Source of the DNA: an uncultured Bacteriovoracaceae bacterium
Lineage (GTDB): Bacteria; Desulfobacterota; Desulfomonilia; UBA1062
NCBI GenBank assembly: GCA_964572405.1
Contig: CAZNGL010000003.1
Coordinates: forward strand, 1-62,706
DNA length: 62,706 bases
Direction: 5' to 3'
The notes under the pieces are model-generated. The model searched no databases. It saw only the letters and a list, made by a program, of their open reading frames with translations, and was not told the origin of the DNA. Each line of letters opens with the position of its first letter. Positions within the stretch are counted from its first letter, which is position 1. Position numbers and translations under genes: made by a program. Shown piece after piece: positions 36,591 to 49,100 of this stretch.

Positions 36591-37577
36591 CTATTTAAGG
36601 TGATGTGATATCGAGCGGTTATGTTCCTCCAGGGAACTCGAGAACGCATGCGTACCGTCGCCCCTGGCCACGAAGTAGAGGTAACTGGTCCGGGCGGGCC
36701 ACAGGGCTGCACGGATGGAACCGATCCCCGGGTTGCAGATGGGGCCGGGGGGGAGACCGCGTCGGCGGTAGGTGTTGTAGGGGGTGTCCCGCAGCAGGTC
36801 ATCGGGGCCGATTCTGCCCGAGAAACCCTCGACTCCGTACACTGCGGTGGGGTCTGACTGCAGCCGCATCCCCCTGTTGAGCCTGTTGTGGAAGACCGAC
36901 GAGATGAGGGCCTTGTCCTGGGGGGCCACCGCTTCCTTCTCGATCATGGATGCCAGGGTGATCACTTCGGTGGCGGACATGCCCATTCTCTCGGCCCGTT
37001 CCTCCATCTCCTGAGTGTAGGCTTCCCGGAGCCTGCCCACCATGCGGGCCATGATCTCCAGGGGGGTCATGGTGGGGGCGAAAAAGTAGGTGTCGGGAAA
37101 GAGAAACCCCTCCATGGAGGGGGCGTCCACCTGGAAGAACTCCCTGGTGGCAGGGTCGAGGGCACTCTCAACGAATGCATCCCTGGAGATGATGCCGGTC
37201 TTTGCAACGGCCTGGGCGACCTGGAAGAGGGTGAACCCCTCGGGTATGGTGACCTTGTACCGCAGCGTCCTCCCCCTGAACAGGATGTCCATGACCTCCA
37301 TGGGGGCATGGGTCCCCTCGAAGACGTACAATCCTGCCTGGAGCCGCCTGGCCTTTCCCGTGAGCACGGCCACGGCCATGAAGGTGAGGGGGCGGGAGAC
37401 CACACCCTTGGAATGGAGCGCCCGGGAGATCTCCCATGCGCCCTGGCCCTGCTTGATGTTCATGAATACGGGTTTCGGGGGTGCGACGGGGGTGCGAAGA
37501 AATGACCACACATGGATGGACGCGAGGGTGCCAAGGCAGAGAAGGACCAGGATGACTCCACGCATGCGCCTGCTCAT
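36591..37577 (-). CDS. mltG: Endolytic transglycosylase MltG
   Basis: EGFLFPDTY, LASMIEKE, LQSDPT, YNTY-x3-GLPPGPICNPG and LYFVA motifs. Confidence 0.95.
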   Translation of the reverse strand: MSRRMRGVILVLLCLGTLASIHVWSFLRTPVAPPKPVFMNIKQGQGAWEISRALHSKGVVSRPLTFMAVAVLTGKARRLQAGLYVFEGTHAPMEVMDILFRGRTLRYKVTIPEGFTLFQVAQAVAKTGIISRDAFVESALDPATREFFQVDAPSMEGFLFPDTYFFAPTMTPLEIMARMVGRLREAYTQEMEERAERMGMSATEVITLASMIEKEAVAPQDKALISSVFHNRLNRGMRLQSDPTAVYGVEGFSGRIGPDDLLRDTPYNTYRRRGLPPGPICNPGIGSIRAALWPARTSYLYFVARGDGTHAFSSSLEEHNRSISHHLK

Positions 37578-37987
37578 GGGTGCCCCGCATCCAGGTAGGC
37601 CTGGAGGATGATGCCGGCTGCGATCTTGTCCACGACTGCCTTGCGCCTCTTCCCCCTGACCTGCAGCCCCATGAGCAGATCGTGTGCCTCATGGGTGGAG
37701 AGTCGTTCGTCCCAGAAGGTCACGGGCAGGCCGGTGGTCTCTTCGAGAACCTTGGCCCATGCCAGGACCTCCTCGGCCTTGAAACCGAGGCTCCCGTCCA
37801 TGTTGTAGGGCAGGCCCACCACGATCCTTTCCACCTCGTAGGTCCGCGCGAGGGCCTCGAGGTGGCGGAAATGCGAGCCGTCGGCGTTCACCTGGATGGT
37901 TTGGAGGGGATGCGCCATGGTGCGGCCGGGGTCACTCACGGCGACGCCGATCCTCTTGCTGCCGTAATCAATACCCATGATGCGCAT
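37574..37987 (-). CDS. ruvX: Holliday junction resolvase-like RuvX/YqgF
   Basis: GIDYGSKRIGVAVSD, VVGLP, WDERLST and DKIAA motifs. Confidence 0.95.
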   Translation of the reverse strand: MRIMGIDYGSKRIGVAVSDPGRTMAHPLQTIQVNADGSHFRHLEALARTYEVERIVVGLPYNMDGSLGFKAEEVLAWAKVLEETTGLPVTFWDERLSTHEAHDLLMGLQVRGKRRKAVVDKIAAGIILQAYLDAGHP

Positions 37988-38026
37988 ACGCTTTACAGGT
38001 TTGTAGGCGCGCCGGTGCAAGCACCG

Positions 38027-38932
38027 TTACTTCCAGCGGAGTTCCTTGACCTCGACCTTGAAGGAGGTCCCCTCCTGGGCCGGTTTTCCGAAAAAGGCAA
38101 CGGCAAAGGGGATATCCCCTGCAGGGAGCATGGAGCCGGGGGATGCGGGATCCGATGTGAGCAGCGCGTCGATGTCCCTCTGGGGCTGCCTCCTGAACTC
38201 GCTGGTGTCGGGGACGATGCCGGCATAGGCGAGGCGGGATTCTATGAGGCCTCCCTGCACATCATATACCCGGGCCTCCACCATGACCGATTCGATGGGC
38301 TTGGGGGTGATCTTCCTGAGATTTCCCTTGATCACCAGGACACTGCCCTCCTGTTCGTGAGAAAGGATCTCGTAGGAAAGGGTGTCCTCTTCGATGGTGA
38401 AGAAGGGGCCTTTCTCCATGACGGACTGGACGGACTCCTGACGGGCCTCCCTGAAGAACAGGATCTTGTCCTTGAAGAGCCACAGCAGAGCCAGGGAGAC
38501 GATGAAGAGGCACACCACCAGTGCAATGACCTTGAAGTGGCTCCTTTTCTCCTCGGGTTCGGCCGCCTGGGCTTCTTCTGCCAGTTCCTCTTCGGGTGCG
38601 GACCCGAGGAGGGAGTCTATATCCCTGATGACGGATTCCGTCGCCGCAGGTGCCTCCTGGGGCGCCTGTTCAGGTGGTGTCTCCTCGACCGGGGTCTCGG
38701 TGATTTCCGCGCCGTCCCGGTCGAAGGAGAAGTCTTCCTCCCTGACCGGTTCAGAGGTCCCCTTTGAGCTCAGGAGCAGGTCGAATTCCTGGTCCAAAGA
38801 CACCCCGCGATCAATGGTGTGCTCGAATATATGGTGGCATACGCTGCAGCGCATCTTGAAGGTGCTCCGGTCAAGACCATCGTGGGAGAATCTGAACTTA
38901 CTGTGGCATTGCGGGCATTGAACGATGATCAC
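38027..38932 (-). CDS. Zinc-ribbon (MJ0042-type) membrane protein, DUF3426-like
   Basis: N-terminal CPQC...CSVC, acidic linker, single TM and periplasmic domain. Confidence 0.8.
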   Translation of the reverse strand: MIIVQCPQCHSKFRFSHDGLDRSTFKMRCSVCHHIFEHTIDRGVSLDQEFDLLLSSKGTSEPVREEDFSFDRDGAEITETPVEETPPEQAPQEAPAATESVIRDIDSLLGSAPEEELAEEAQAAEPEEKRSHFKVIALVVCLFIVSLALLWLFKDKILFFREARQESVQSVMEKGPFFTIEEDTLSYEILSHEQEGSVLVIKGNLRKITPKPIESVMVEARVYDVQGGLIESRLAYAGIVPDTSEFRRQPQRDIDALLTSDPASPGSMLPAGDIPFAVAFFGKPAQEGTSFKVEVKELRWK

Positions 38933-39462
38933 GCGGGTGGTCCTCCTGTCTCATCGGGATCGAGAACATACAGCGCCGGCAAGGTGCGATACTGTTCGGC
39001 AAAGTCCAACCCATACCCCACCACGAATCCGTCGGTTATCCGGAAGCCGTAGTAATCGGGCGATATGGATGCATCCCTCCGGAAGGTCTTGTCGACCATG
39101 GTGCAGATCTTGACGGAGGCAGGCCCTTTCTTTCCCAGGTGTTCCTTGAAGGCGAGCAGGCTGTGGCCGGTATCCATGATGTCATCCACGATGAGTACGT
39201 GTCTGCCGGATATCGCCGCATGGATATCATCGACGATGGTGACGTCTCCCGTGGGGCTGTCGCTGTTCCCATAGCTTGAAAGCCTGGCGAATTCTATTTT
39301 CGTGGGGAGCTTTATGGATCGGACCAGGTCAGCCATGAACATGAACCCCCCCTTGAGGATACCGATGACGAAGAGTTCCTTGCCCTCATACTCCCGCGAT
39401 ATCGTGTCGCCCAGCTCCTTGATTTTACTGGCGATATCACTTTCGCTGTGGAGCACTTTCAT
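38929..39462 (-). CDS. hpt: Hypoxanthine phosphoribosyltransferase
   Basis: ILKGGFMFMADL, SSYG, VLIVDDIMDTG and FVVGYGLD motifs; real start ATG 39462. Confidence 0.95.
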   Translation of the reverse strand: MKVLHSESDIASKIKELGDTISREYEGKELFVIGILKGGFMFMADLVRSIKLPTKIEFARLSSYGNSDSPTGDVTIVDDIHAAISGRHVLIVDDIMDTGHSLLAFKEHLGKKGPASVKICTMVDKTFRRDASISPDYYGFRITDGFVVGYGLDFAEQYRTLPALYVLDPDETGGPPA

Positions 39463-39670
39463 GTACTGATCTATAACGTATCGATCAGTGGGTGTCAACG
39501 TAGTGTTCGCGCCGGTTCCTATACTGTGAATGCCTGGGCCCCCATGGACTTTTACCCCGATCCACTGTATTATAGGGAGAAGTGTCGCGCCATGAGGGCG
39601 GCACGGTGAGATCGGGTGTACCAGGGTACGCCACGCAGTGATCAGGGCACCAATGAGGGAGGGGCTCGGT

Positions 39671-39979
39671 ATGAAGGATCTCAGAGCACATACGAGGATC
39701 AGGACCAACATGAAGGTCGCATATCGGGACAATGAGCATGTCTACACGATTGGAAGGGTCGCGGACCTCAGCAGGGGCGGCATGTACGTGAATACCGGAA
39801 GGCCCCCGGATATCGACGGATTCATGATCGCGAGCATCGACGTGGAGGAGTTCGGCAAGGTCATCTGGGTCCAGGGGAGGGTGGTCTGGAAGAACTACAC
39901 CGGCATGGGCGTTGAGTTCACCCGCACCGACGAGAAAGGGCTCAGGAATCTGCTGTCCTACCACGGCGCCGCTGCATGA
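39671..39979 (+). CDS. PilZ domain protein (c-di-GMP binding)
   Basis: RAHTR (RxxxR) and DLSRGG (DxSxxG) motifs; GMGVEF. Confidence 0.85.
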   Translation: MKDLRAHTRIRTNMKVAYRDNEHVYTIGRVADLSRGGMYVNTGRPPDIDGFMIASIDVEEFGKVIWVQGRVVWKNYTGMGVEFTRTDEKGLRNLLSYHGAAA

Positions 39980-40003
39980 GAGCGCGCCGGGAGCGCCTCG
40001 CAC

Positions 40004-41008
40004 TTATTCCTTCCCGACGAGGACCGCTCCCTTCTCGATGAGTTCCTTGGAGTCGACGACAAGGCCCATGGATGTATCATCGAGGGCCTGCAGCACGACG
40101 ATCATCCCGATATATTGGCGGAACTCAACGGATTGCGACTGAGCGCCGGCGTCTTCCACCTGGGTCTTTTCAACAACACTGAGGAGGGCGCCCTTCTCGA
40201 TCCCCTGACTCTTTCCTGCATTGAGAAAGACGAGGTCCCTGGCACTGCTCCCCTGGATGCCGCCATAGTAGTCCATGACGGAAGGCCGGGTGTTCAGGGT
40301 CGGCTCAGACAGGGACAGCGAGATCGGCTTGATGGGGGGGATGTCGTCGAAGATCACGGTATCGATCCTGGCCTCCTGGAGGGAATAGGTTATCACCGCC
40401 TTGACGATGTTCTGCTGAACCTCCTCCACCTTTGCGGTGGCCACGATCTTGTACAGGTAACCTGCCCTCTTGGATCCGTTCATGATATCCTGGATCCTGG
40501 AGACCAGCGTGATCATCTGGCCCGGCTTCACATCCGAGGTGGCCCTGATCATGATGTGGTCGTTCTGCGAGATGAGCTCTCCGCCTTCCATCTTCTTGAA
40601 GACCTTGCCTGACCCGGAGAGCAGGTTGGGGGTGTAGATGAAGGTGGAGTACTGGGGTGCCACCATGATGGACTTTTCCTTGCTGGCAGCGGTTTCTTCG
40701 GGGGTGTAGATGGTCATCTGGCTCTCGGTGCCGCCACGCTCCGGAGACGGGATGATCTTGATGACGGTCCTGGCGCCGTCTTTGGTGATGACCACGATAT
40801 CCCCGGGATAGATGAGGTGAGGGTTGGTGATGTCCTGGTTGTTGGCCCAGACCAGTGGCCATTTCCAGGGGGTATTGAGGTATTTCACGGAGATGTCCCA
40901 CAGGGTGTCGCCCGAGACCACGGTGTGCGTGATCTCCTCGGCCGGTGATGGCATTGCCGGGGTCAGGAACATGAAAAGGCCCATTAAGAAAATGGTCAGC
41001 TTTTTCAA
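40004..41008 (-). CDS. LysM peptidoglycan-binding exported protein
   Basis: Signal peptide, then HTVVSGDTLWDIS...WPLVW-x2-N-x2-ITNPHLIYPGD; TTG start with GGAGGA RBS. Confidence 0.88.
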   Translation of the reverse strand: MKKLTIFLMGLFMFLTPAMPSPAEEITHTVVSGDTLWDISVKYLNTPWKWPLVWANNQDITNPHLIYPGDIVVITKDGARTVIKIIPSPERGGTESQMTIYTPEETAASKEKSIMVAPQYSTFIYTPNLLSGSGKVFKKMEGGELISQNDHIMIRATSDVKPGQMITLVSRIQDIMNGSKRAGYLYKIVATAKVEEVQQNIVKAVITYSLQEARIDTVIFDDIPPIKPISLSLSEPTLNTRPSVMDYYGGIQGSSARDLVFLNAGKSQGIEKGALLSVVEKTQVEDAGAQSQSVEFRQYIGMIVVLQALDDTSMGLVVDSKELIEKGAVLVGKE

Positions 41009-41130
41009 AGCGGGTCCTCCTTCGAAGCTTCAATTCAGACTGCCCATTGTTGTTTTCTTATATCGGAGAAGTCAAGGATATTCTTGAATCTTGGTTGCGT
41101 TGAGCCGGTCTTTGGACTAGAGTAACTCAA

Positions 41131-41553
41131 ATGTTACCACGCGACCTCTACTCCCAGGCTCACCTCTTTGTTTCGGCCATCCGGATCCACGAGCATCTCC
41201 ATCTGCAGCCCCCTTCCCTCAAGGGGCTCTCGGAAACCCTGAGGGTCTCCGAGGAGGAGATCTCCCGGGTCTCCCGGAGGCTGGAAGAGCAGGGGATCAT
41301 CAGCGTCGTCGTGAGCGGTGCCGATGCGCGGTTTGCCATCCGCGACCACAGGCTCATCGAAGATCTCCCCCGTGATGTCGAGGCACCGCGGATGGAAGAG
41401 GAGATAACCCAGTTCAAGTCCCGCCAGGAAACCCGCTTCAGGGGAATCGAAGAATCCCTCGCGAAGAAGGGCGACAAGAGCGCGGTATTCTCGGAACTGG
41501 AGAAGGCCATGAAGGACCCGTCCCTCCTGAAGAAGAAGAATCCGCTGGATTGA
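41131..41553 (+). CDS. Hypothetical protein (140 aa), possible winged-helix N-terminus
   Basis: Coding-like ORF; no SD, with ATG directly at a predicted +1. Confidence 0.7.
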   Translation: MLPRDLYSQAHLFVSAIRIHEHLHLQPPSLKGLSETLRVSEEEISRVSRRLEEQGIISVVVSGADARFAIRDHRLIEDLPRDVEAPRMEEEITQFKSRQETRFRGIEESLAKKGDKSAVFSELEKAMKDPSLLKKKNPLD

Positions 41554-41815
41554 GGCCACAGATACGCCCCTCCCTGTTCCAGGGGCCGGGGCATGACGAT
41601 ACAGAAAAACACCCGGGAACCCGTGCCTGGAGCATGTGTCCTGTTTTCTGCTATTGATATCTGAAATCAATATGTTGGGTGTAACATGTACCTGCCTCCC
41701 ACAGGGTGTCGGATGAGGTCATTATGGCCTTGTGTTTTCATGGGCTCTATTGTATAGGAACGCAACTTATCAAGGTATAAGGAATACGGAACGACGGACA
41801 GGGGGGAAGGAAACC

Positions 41816-43591
41816 ATGTATAACGTTGACGAAACGAACAACCACCATGATGACTCCGGTGCGGCAAAGGGGGATCTCGCAGAAGCCAGGTCAGAGAATC
41901 TCGAGACAGATGGCACCAATTTCGAAGCACTCTATGAAGAAACCTTTGACAAGCACATCACACCCGGTTCGGTGGTGACAGGCACGGTGGTTCAGATCAG
42001 CACCGACTACATCATGATCGACATCGGGAGGAAGATAGACGGGCAGGCGCCCATCAGCGAGTTTATCGGCCCTGACGGGGCCATCACGTGCGCCGTGGGA
42101 CAGGATGTTGAGGTTCTGGTCGAGAGCATCAACTCGTCCAAGGGCGTGATCAGGCTGAGCAAGGAGAAGGCGAAGCGGCTCAAGATCTGGGACGACATCC
42201 TCAAGGCATCCCAGGACAACACCTACCTCAAGGGGAGGGTCGCAGAGAGGATCAAGGGCGGGCTCATCGTAGACATCGGCCTGCCGGCGTTCCTTCCGAG
42301 TTCCCAGGCCACGATCAACCCCGTCAGCGAGGCCGATCTCGAGAAGATGATCGGTATGGAAATCGACGTAGCGGTCATCAAGTTCAACCGCAAGAAGAAC
42401 AACGTGGTGGTGAGCCACCGCGAGGTGCTGGAGAAGCAGCGCGAGGTGAACAAGAAGCACCTGCTCGCAACGCTGGCCAAGGGCGACGTCGTCACGGGCA
42501 GGGTCAAGAACATCATGAGCTACGGCGCCTTCGTGGACATAGGCGGCATCGACGGCCTGCTCCACATCACGGACATGTCGTGGGGCAAGCTGAAGGATCC
42601 CAAGGACAAGGTTTCCACGGGCCAGGAGATCCGGGTCAAGGTGCTGGAGTTCGACCCGGCCACCGAAAAGATTTCGCTGGGCCTCAAGCAGCTCACCACT
42701 GATCCCTGGGAAGGCCTTGAGTACCGGTATCCCATAGGCAAGAGGATTTCGGGCAGGGTCACTTCGGTGACCAACTACGGTGCCTTTGTGGAGGTGGAAG
42801 AGGGGGTCGAGGGCCTCGTCCATATCTCGGAGATGTTCTGGACCAAGCGTATGAGGCACCCCTCCTCGGTGCTCGAGGAAGGGCAGAATGTGGACGTGGT
42901 GGTCCTCGGGGTCGACCAGGCCAACCGCCGCATCTCCCTGGGCCTCAAGCAGACCATGCCGAACCCCTGGAGACAGATACAGGATTACTATCCCGAAGGC
43001 GTGGTGGTGGACGCGACGGTGAAGAACGTCACCGATTTCGGGCTCTTCGTGAGCGTGGACGAGAACATCGACGTGGACGGGCTCATCCACGTGTCGGACC
43101 TCACCTGGGACCCCAAGGTCAAGAACCCCCGGGAGCTGTATAAGAAGGGGGACGTGGTGAAGGCCAAGGTCCTGGCCATTGACCCCGAGAACGAGAAGTT
43201 CTCCCTGGGGGTCAAGCAGCTCCAGCCGGATCCGTGGCACCAGATCGCCATGGAGCACCCGGTGGGGAGCCTCGTGAAGGGCAGGATCACCTCCCTCACC
43301 GACTTCGGGGCCTTTGTGGAGATCAAACCGGGCATCGAGGGCATGATCCACATCTCCGAGGTGAGCAGCGACAAGATCGACTCGCTGGCCGAAGTGCTCG
43401 AGGTGGGCCAGGAGGTGGAGGCGGTGGTCCTGAGGATAAGCCCCGAGAACAAGAAGATCGGGCTCTCCATCAAGGCCATCGACGAGGGGAGCCACCACAA
43501 GGCTGCTCCCATGCAGGAAAAGCCCTCCGACAAGGTGGGAACAAATCTCGGGGATCTGCTCAAGGGCCTCAGAGAAGGAAAGAAGAGCTAG
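41816..43591 (+). CDS. rpsA: 30S ribosomal protein S1
   Basis: Repeated S1 domains (GAFVDIGGIDGLLHITDMSW, GAFVEVEEGVEGLVHISE, etc.). Confidence 0.97.
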   Translation: MYNVDETNNHHDDSGAAKGDLAEARSENLETDGTNFEALYEETFDKHITPGSVVTGTVVQISTDYIMIDIGRKIDGQAPISEFIGPDGAITCAVGQDVEVLVESINSSKGVIRLSKEKAKRLKIWDDILKASQDNTYLKGRVAERIKGGLIVDIGLPAFLPSSQATINPVSEADLEKMIGMEIDVAVIKFNRKKNNVVVSHREVLEKQREVNKKHLLATLAKGDVVTGRVKNIMSYGAFVDIGGIDGLLHITDMSWGKLKDPKDKVSTGQEIRVKVLEFDPATEKISLGLKQLTTDPWEGLEYRYPIGKRISGRVTSVTNYGAFVEVEEGVEGLVHISEMFWTKRMRHPSSVLEEGQNVDVVVLGVDQANRRISLGLKQTMPNPWRQIQDYYPEGVVVDATVKNVTDFGLFVSVDENIDVDGLIHVSDLTWDPKVKNPRELYKKGDVVKAKVLAIDPENEKFSLGVKQLQPDPWHQIAMEHPVGSLVKGRITSLTDFGAFVEIKPGIEGMIHISEVSSDKIDSLAEVLEVGQEVEAVVLRISPENKKIGLSIKAIDEGSHHKAAPMQEKPSDKVGTNLGDLLKGLREGKKS

Positions 43592-43614
43592 GCCCCGCAC
43601 ATGGAGAGGGGACA

Positions 43615-43648
43615 GGGGGATACCTCGGGCTTTCGGGGTATCCCCCTT
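43615..43648 (+). terminator. Probable intrinsic terminator after rpsA
   Basis: 13-bp stem GGGGGATACCTCG/CGGGGTATCCCCC with a 6-nt loop; only a short U tract. Confidence 0.55.
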
Positions 43649-43809
43649 CGTGTTCGTACGGATCGGTACCCCTGCCCCCGCGGGGCTTGACGGGTGGTGC
43701 ATGCCTCCTGGCGTATGGACAAGCTCCCGGTTCTTCTATATACTCTCGAAAAGGTGAGGCACTGACGCCCGCCGGGCCGTATTCCCAGAGCTTGAAACCA
43801 AGACACGAC

Positions 43810-44685
43810 ATGAAACGAAAGACCAAGTGGATACTCTTTTTCCTGATCGCCATGGTGGTTGTCGGCTGGGTCGTCGAGGCGGCGAGGACCGCCCTCAAGC
43901 CCGCCGTGGGAATCCTGGAGATTAACGGTCTGATCACGGACTCCATGGTCTATCTGGAGACCATCAAGCAGTTCCAGGACGATGACAAGATCAAGGCCGT
44001 CATCATCAGGCTCGACAGCCCGGGCGGCAAGGTTGGGCCTTCCCAGGAGGTGTACGGCGCCCTGCTGAAGCTGAAGGGGAAAAAACCGCTCATTGCATCC
44101 TTCGGCGCCCTGGGAGCATCCGGGGCGTACTACATCGCCTGCGCGGCGGACGCCATCTATGCCCTGCCGGGCACCATGACGGGGAGCATCGGGGTGATCA
44201 TGGAGTTCTTCGACGCCAGCGAGGGCCTCAGGCGCATCGGCGTGACTCCCAACAGCATAACGGCCGGCACGCTGAAGGACGCAGGGTCTCCCTTCAAACC
44301 CATGTCCGAGCAGGAGCGGGTATACTTCAAGGCCCTGGTGGATGACGTGCACGCCCAGTTCATCGAGGCCGTGGCCGATGGAAGAAGACTCAAGGTGAAC
44401 ACCGTGCGGCAGCTTGCCAACGGCAGGGTGTTCACGGGGAGGCAGGCCAGGGCCGCAGGCCTCGTGGACAGGCTCGGAGGGCTGGACGACGCCTTGGAAG
44501 AGGCAAAGAGGCGCGCCCATATCGATGGGGAGCCGCGGATCGTCAGACCGGACACCGCCGAGGACTTCTGGACCCTCATCAAACGCATCGTGCCCTGGAA
44601 CCGGGCCGCACTTCCCTTCCGGAACGATATATCCGAGGGCCTCGGCATGGGACGTCATGTACGGCTTGATTACTGCATACCTTAA
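43810..44685 (+). CDS. sppA: Signal peptide peptidase SppA (36K type)
   Basis: RLDSPGG, GASGAYYIA, TGSIGVI and GRVFTG motifs. Confidence 0.92.
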   Translation: MKRKTKWILFFLIAMVVVGWVVEAARTALKPAVGILEINGLITDSMVYLETIKQFQDDDKIKAVIIRLDSPGGKVGPSQEVYGALLKLKGKKPLIASFGALGASGAYYIACAADAIYALPGTMTGSIGVIMEFFDASEGLRRIGVTPNSITAGTLKDAGSPFKPMSEQERVYFKALVDDVHAQFIEAVADGRRLKVNTVRQLANGRVFTGRQARAAGLVDRLGGLDDALEEAKRRAHIDGEPRIVRPDTAEDFWTLIKRIVPWNRAALPFRNDISEGLGMGRHVRLDYCIP

Positions 44686-46164
<1,479 letters not shown>

Positions 46165-46171
46165 CCCTTCC

Positions 46172-49100
46172 ATGGGATTCGTCCACCTCCACTGCCATAC
46201 CCAGTACAGCCTGCTGGACGGGGCCATCCGCGTGGATGACCTCATCGGGTCCACGAAGGCCTTCGGCCAGGAGGCGGTGGCCATCACCGACCACGGGGTC
46301 ATGTACGGGGCCGTGGAGTTCTACGACAAGGCCATAAAGGCGGGCATCAGGCCCGTGATCGGGTGCGAGATCTACGTGGCCCCCGGCGACATGGAGCACA
46401 AGGAGAACATCCCCGGACTGCCCAAACACTACCACCTCATCCTTCTGGCCAGGGACAACGAAGGGTACGCGAACCTCATGCGCCTCACCTCGCTGGCCCA
46501 CACAAGGGGGTTCTACTACAAGCCCAGGGTGGACCGTAAAACCCTGGCCGGGCTCAGCGGCGGGCTCATCGCCCTGTCCGCCTGCCTCCAGGGGGAGATC
46601 CCGTACTGGCTGCTCAGGGGTGACGAGGCAAAGGCGAAGGACGCCCTCGACTTCTACCGGAACACCTTTGGCGGGGACTTCTACCTGGAGATCCAGCACA
46701 ACGGCCTGCCCGACCAGGACACGGTGAACCCCATGATCGTGGACATGGCACGGCGCTGTGGAACCCCGCTGGTGGCCACCAACGACTGCCACTACCTGAG
46801 GCGCGAGGACGCCAGGGCCCATGAGGTCCTGTTGTGCATCCAGACCCAGAACACCATCCATGACAAGGGCCGCATGAGCTTCGAGACCGACCAGCTCTTC
46901 CTCAAGAGCCCCCAGGAGATGGCGGCGGATTTCCACTGGATCCCCGAGGCCCTGGACATGACCGCCGAGATCGCCTCGCGCTGCTGCGTGGAGATCCCCA
47001 GGGACGTATACCGCTTCCCGGTCTATCCCGTGCCCAAGGGCACCACCCTGGAGGAGGTCATCGAGGAGAAGGCATGGGAAGGCCTCAGGACGAGGATGGG
47101 GGGGAGCATCCCGGAAGACTATGCGGCGCGGCTCACAGAGGAGCTCTCCGTCATCAAGTCCATGGGGTTTGCAGGGTACTTCCTCATCGTGGCCGACTAC
47201 ATCCAGTACGCCAAGGACCACGGCATACCCGTGGGGCCCGGCAGGGGCAGCGCGGCGGGGTCGCTGGCCGCCTATGGGCTGCGCATCACCGACATCGACC
47301 CCATCCGCTGGAACCTTCTCTTCGAGCGGTTCCTGAATCCCGAGCGCAGGAGCATGCCCGACATCGACGTGGACTTCTGCCAGAACCGCAGGGAAGATGT
47401 CATCGAGTACGTGAAGAACCGCTATGGGCCGGAGTACGTGAGCCAGATCACCACCTTCGGCAACATGAAGGCCAAGGCCGTGGTCCGTGACGTGGGAAGG
47501 GTGCTCGGCATGAGCTACGCCGAGGTGGACAAGATCGCCAAGCTCATCCCCAACGACCTCAACATCACTTTGGAGCAGGCCCTCACGGCCGAGCCGCGCC
47601 TGAAGGAGCTCGCGCAGAGCGACCCCATGGTGGGCCAGCTCATCGGGATCGCCAGGGCCCTGGAGGGCCTGAACCGCCATGCCTCGGTCCACGCGGGGGG
47701 CGTCATCATCTCCGACGACAGGCCGCTCACCGACCACATCCCCGTGTACGTAGACAAGAAGGGCATGCTCATCAGCCAGTATGACATGAAGCGCATCGAG
47801 CGCGTGGGGCTCATCAAGTTCGACATCCTGGGGCTCAAGACGCTCACTGTGATCGCCAAGACCGTGGAGATCCTCAAGTCCCAGGGCGTGGACCTTGACA
47901 TCTCGGCCATCCCGCTGGACGACGCGCTCACCTACCAGCTCATCGGCGAGGGGGACACCAACTGTGTGTTCCAGCTGGAAAGCTCAGGCATGAAGAATAC
48001 CCTCAGACAGCTCAGGCCCGAGAAGTTCGAGGACGTCATCGCAGCGGTGGCTCTGTACCGGCCCGGGCCCATGGACCTCATCCCCTCCTACGTGGACAGG
48101 AGGCACGGCCGCCAGGATATCGAATACCCCCACCCCCTGCTGGAAAAGATCCTGAAGGAGACCTACGGCATCATCGTGTACCAGGAGCAGGTCATGCAGA
48201 TCGCCCAGGAGATGGCAGGCTACTCCCTGGGCAAGGCCGACCTGCTGAGGCGGGCCATGGGCAAGAAGATCCGGGACGAGATGGCCAGGCAGAGGGAAAT
48301 CTTCATGTCCGGCGCGGTGGAACGGGGGGTTGCCAGCGACAAGGCGGGCGAGATCTTCGACCTCATGGAGAAGTTCGCCGACTACGGCTTCAACAAGTCC
48401 CACGCCGCGGCATACGCCCTGGTGGCCTGCCAGACAGCCTACCTGAAGGCCCACCACTTCAAGGAGTTCATGGCCGCGAACCTGACGCTCGACCTGAGCA
48501 ACACGGACAAGGTGGCCCAGCACATCGCCGAGTGCAGGGCCAAGGGGGTGGCGGTGCTCAGCCCGGACATCAACGAGAGCACCTTCGAGTTCGTGGTGAC
48601 CCGCGACGGGATCCGCTTCGGCCTGGGAGCCATCAAAAACGTGGGGAAAGGGGCAGTGGAGGCGATTCTGGAGGAGCGGAGCAAGGCCGGACCGTTCAAG
48701 GACCTCGCCTCCTTCCTGAACCGGATCGCCCTTTCGAAGGTGAACAGGCGCGTGGTGGAGTCGCTCATCAAGGCCGGGGCCTTTGACAGCCTGCACACGA
48801 ACCGCAGGGCCATGTTCGAACACCTTGACAAGCTCCTGGACCAGGCTCAGCGGTCAGCCCGGAGCAGGCTCGACGCCCAGTGCTCGCTCTTCAGCCTGGA
48901 GGAGTTCGCGGACCATGACACCGCAACGCCCTGCGTGCTGCCAGACATGCCCGACTGGCCAGAGGCAGAGCGGCTCAAGATGGAGAAGGAGGGCATGGGG
49001 TTCTACCTCTCGGGACATCCCCTGAAAAAGTACGCCGACCTCATGAACAAGTATGCCACCGCCACCACGTTGACCCTGAGGGAGGCGCCGTCGCCGGTGG

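Noticed and set aside
38929-39732. 90-aa N-terminal extension on Hpt; similar extensions on prs, sppA, accA, rpsA and acuC in the ORF track
   Set aside because: These are upstream in-frame open stretches with non-coding composition. Family-typical starts lie downstream.
41766-41781. dif-like site (CTTAT-N6-ATAAG)
   Set aside because: Arm orientation is opposite to XerC/XerD sites and the XerD consensus TTATGTTAAAT is absent.
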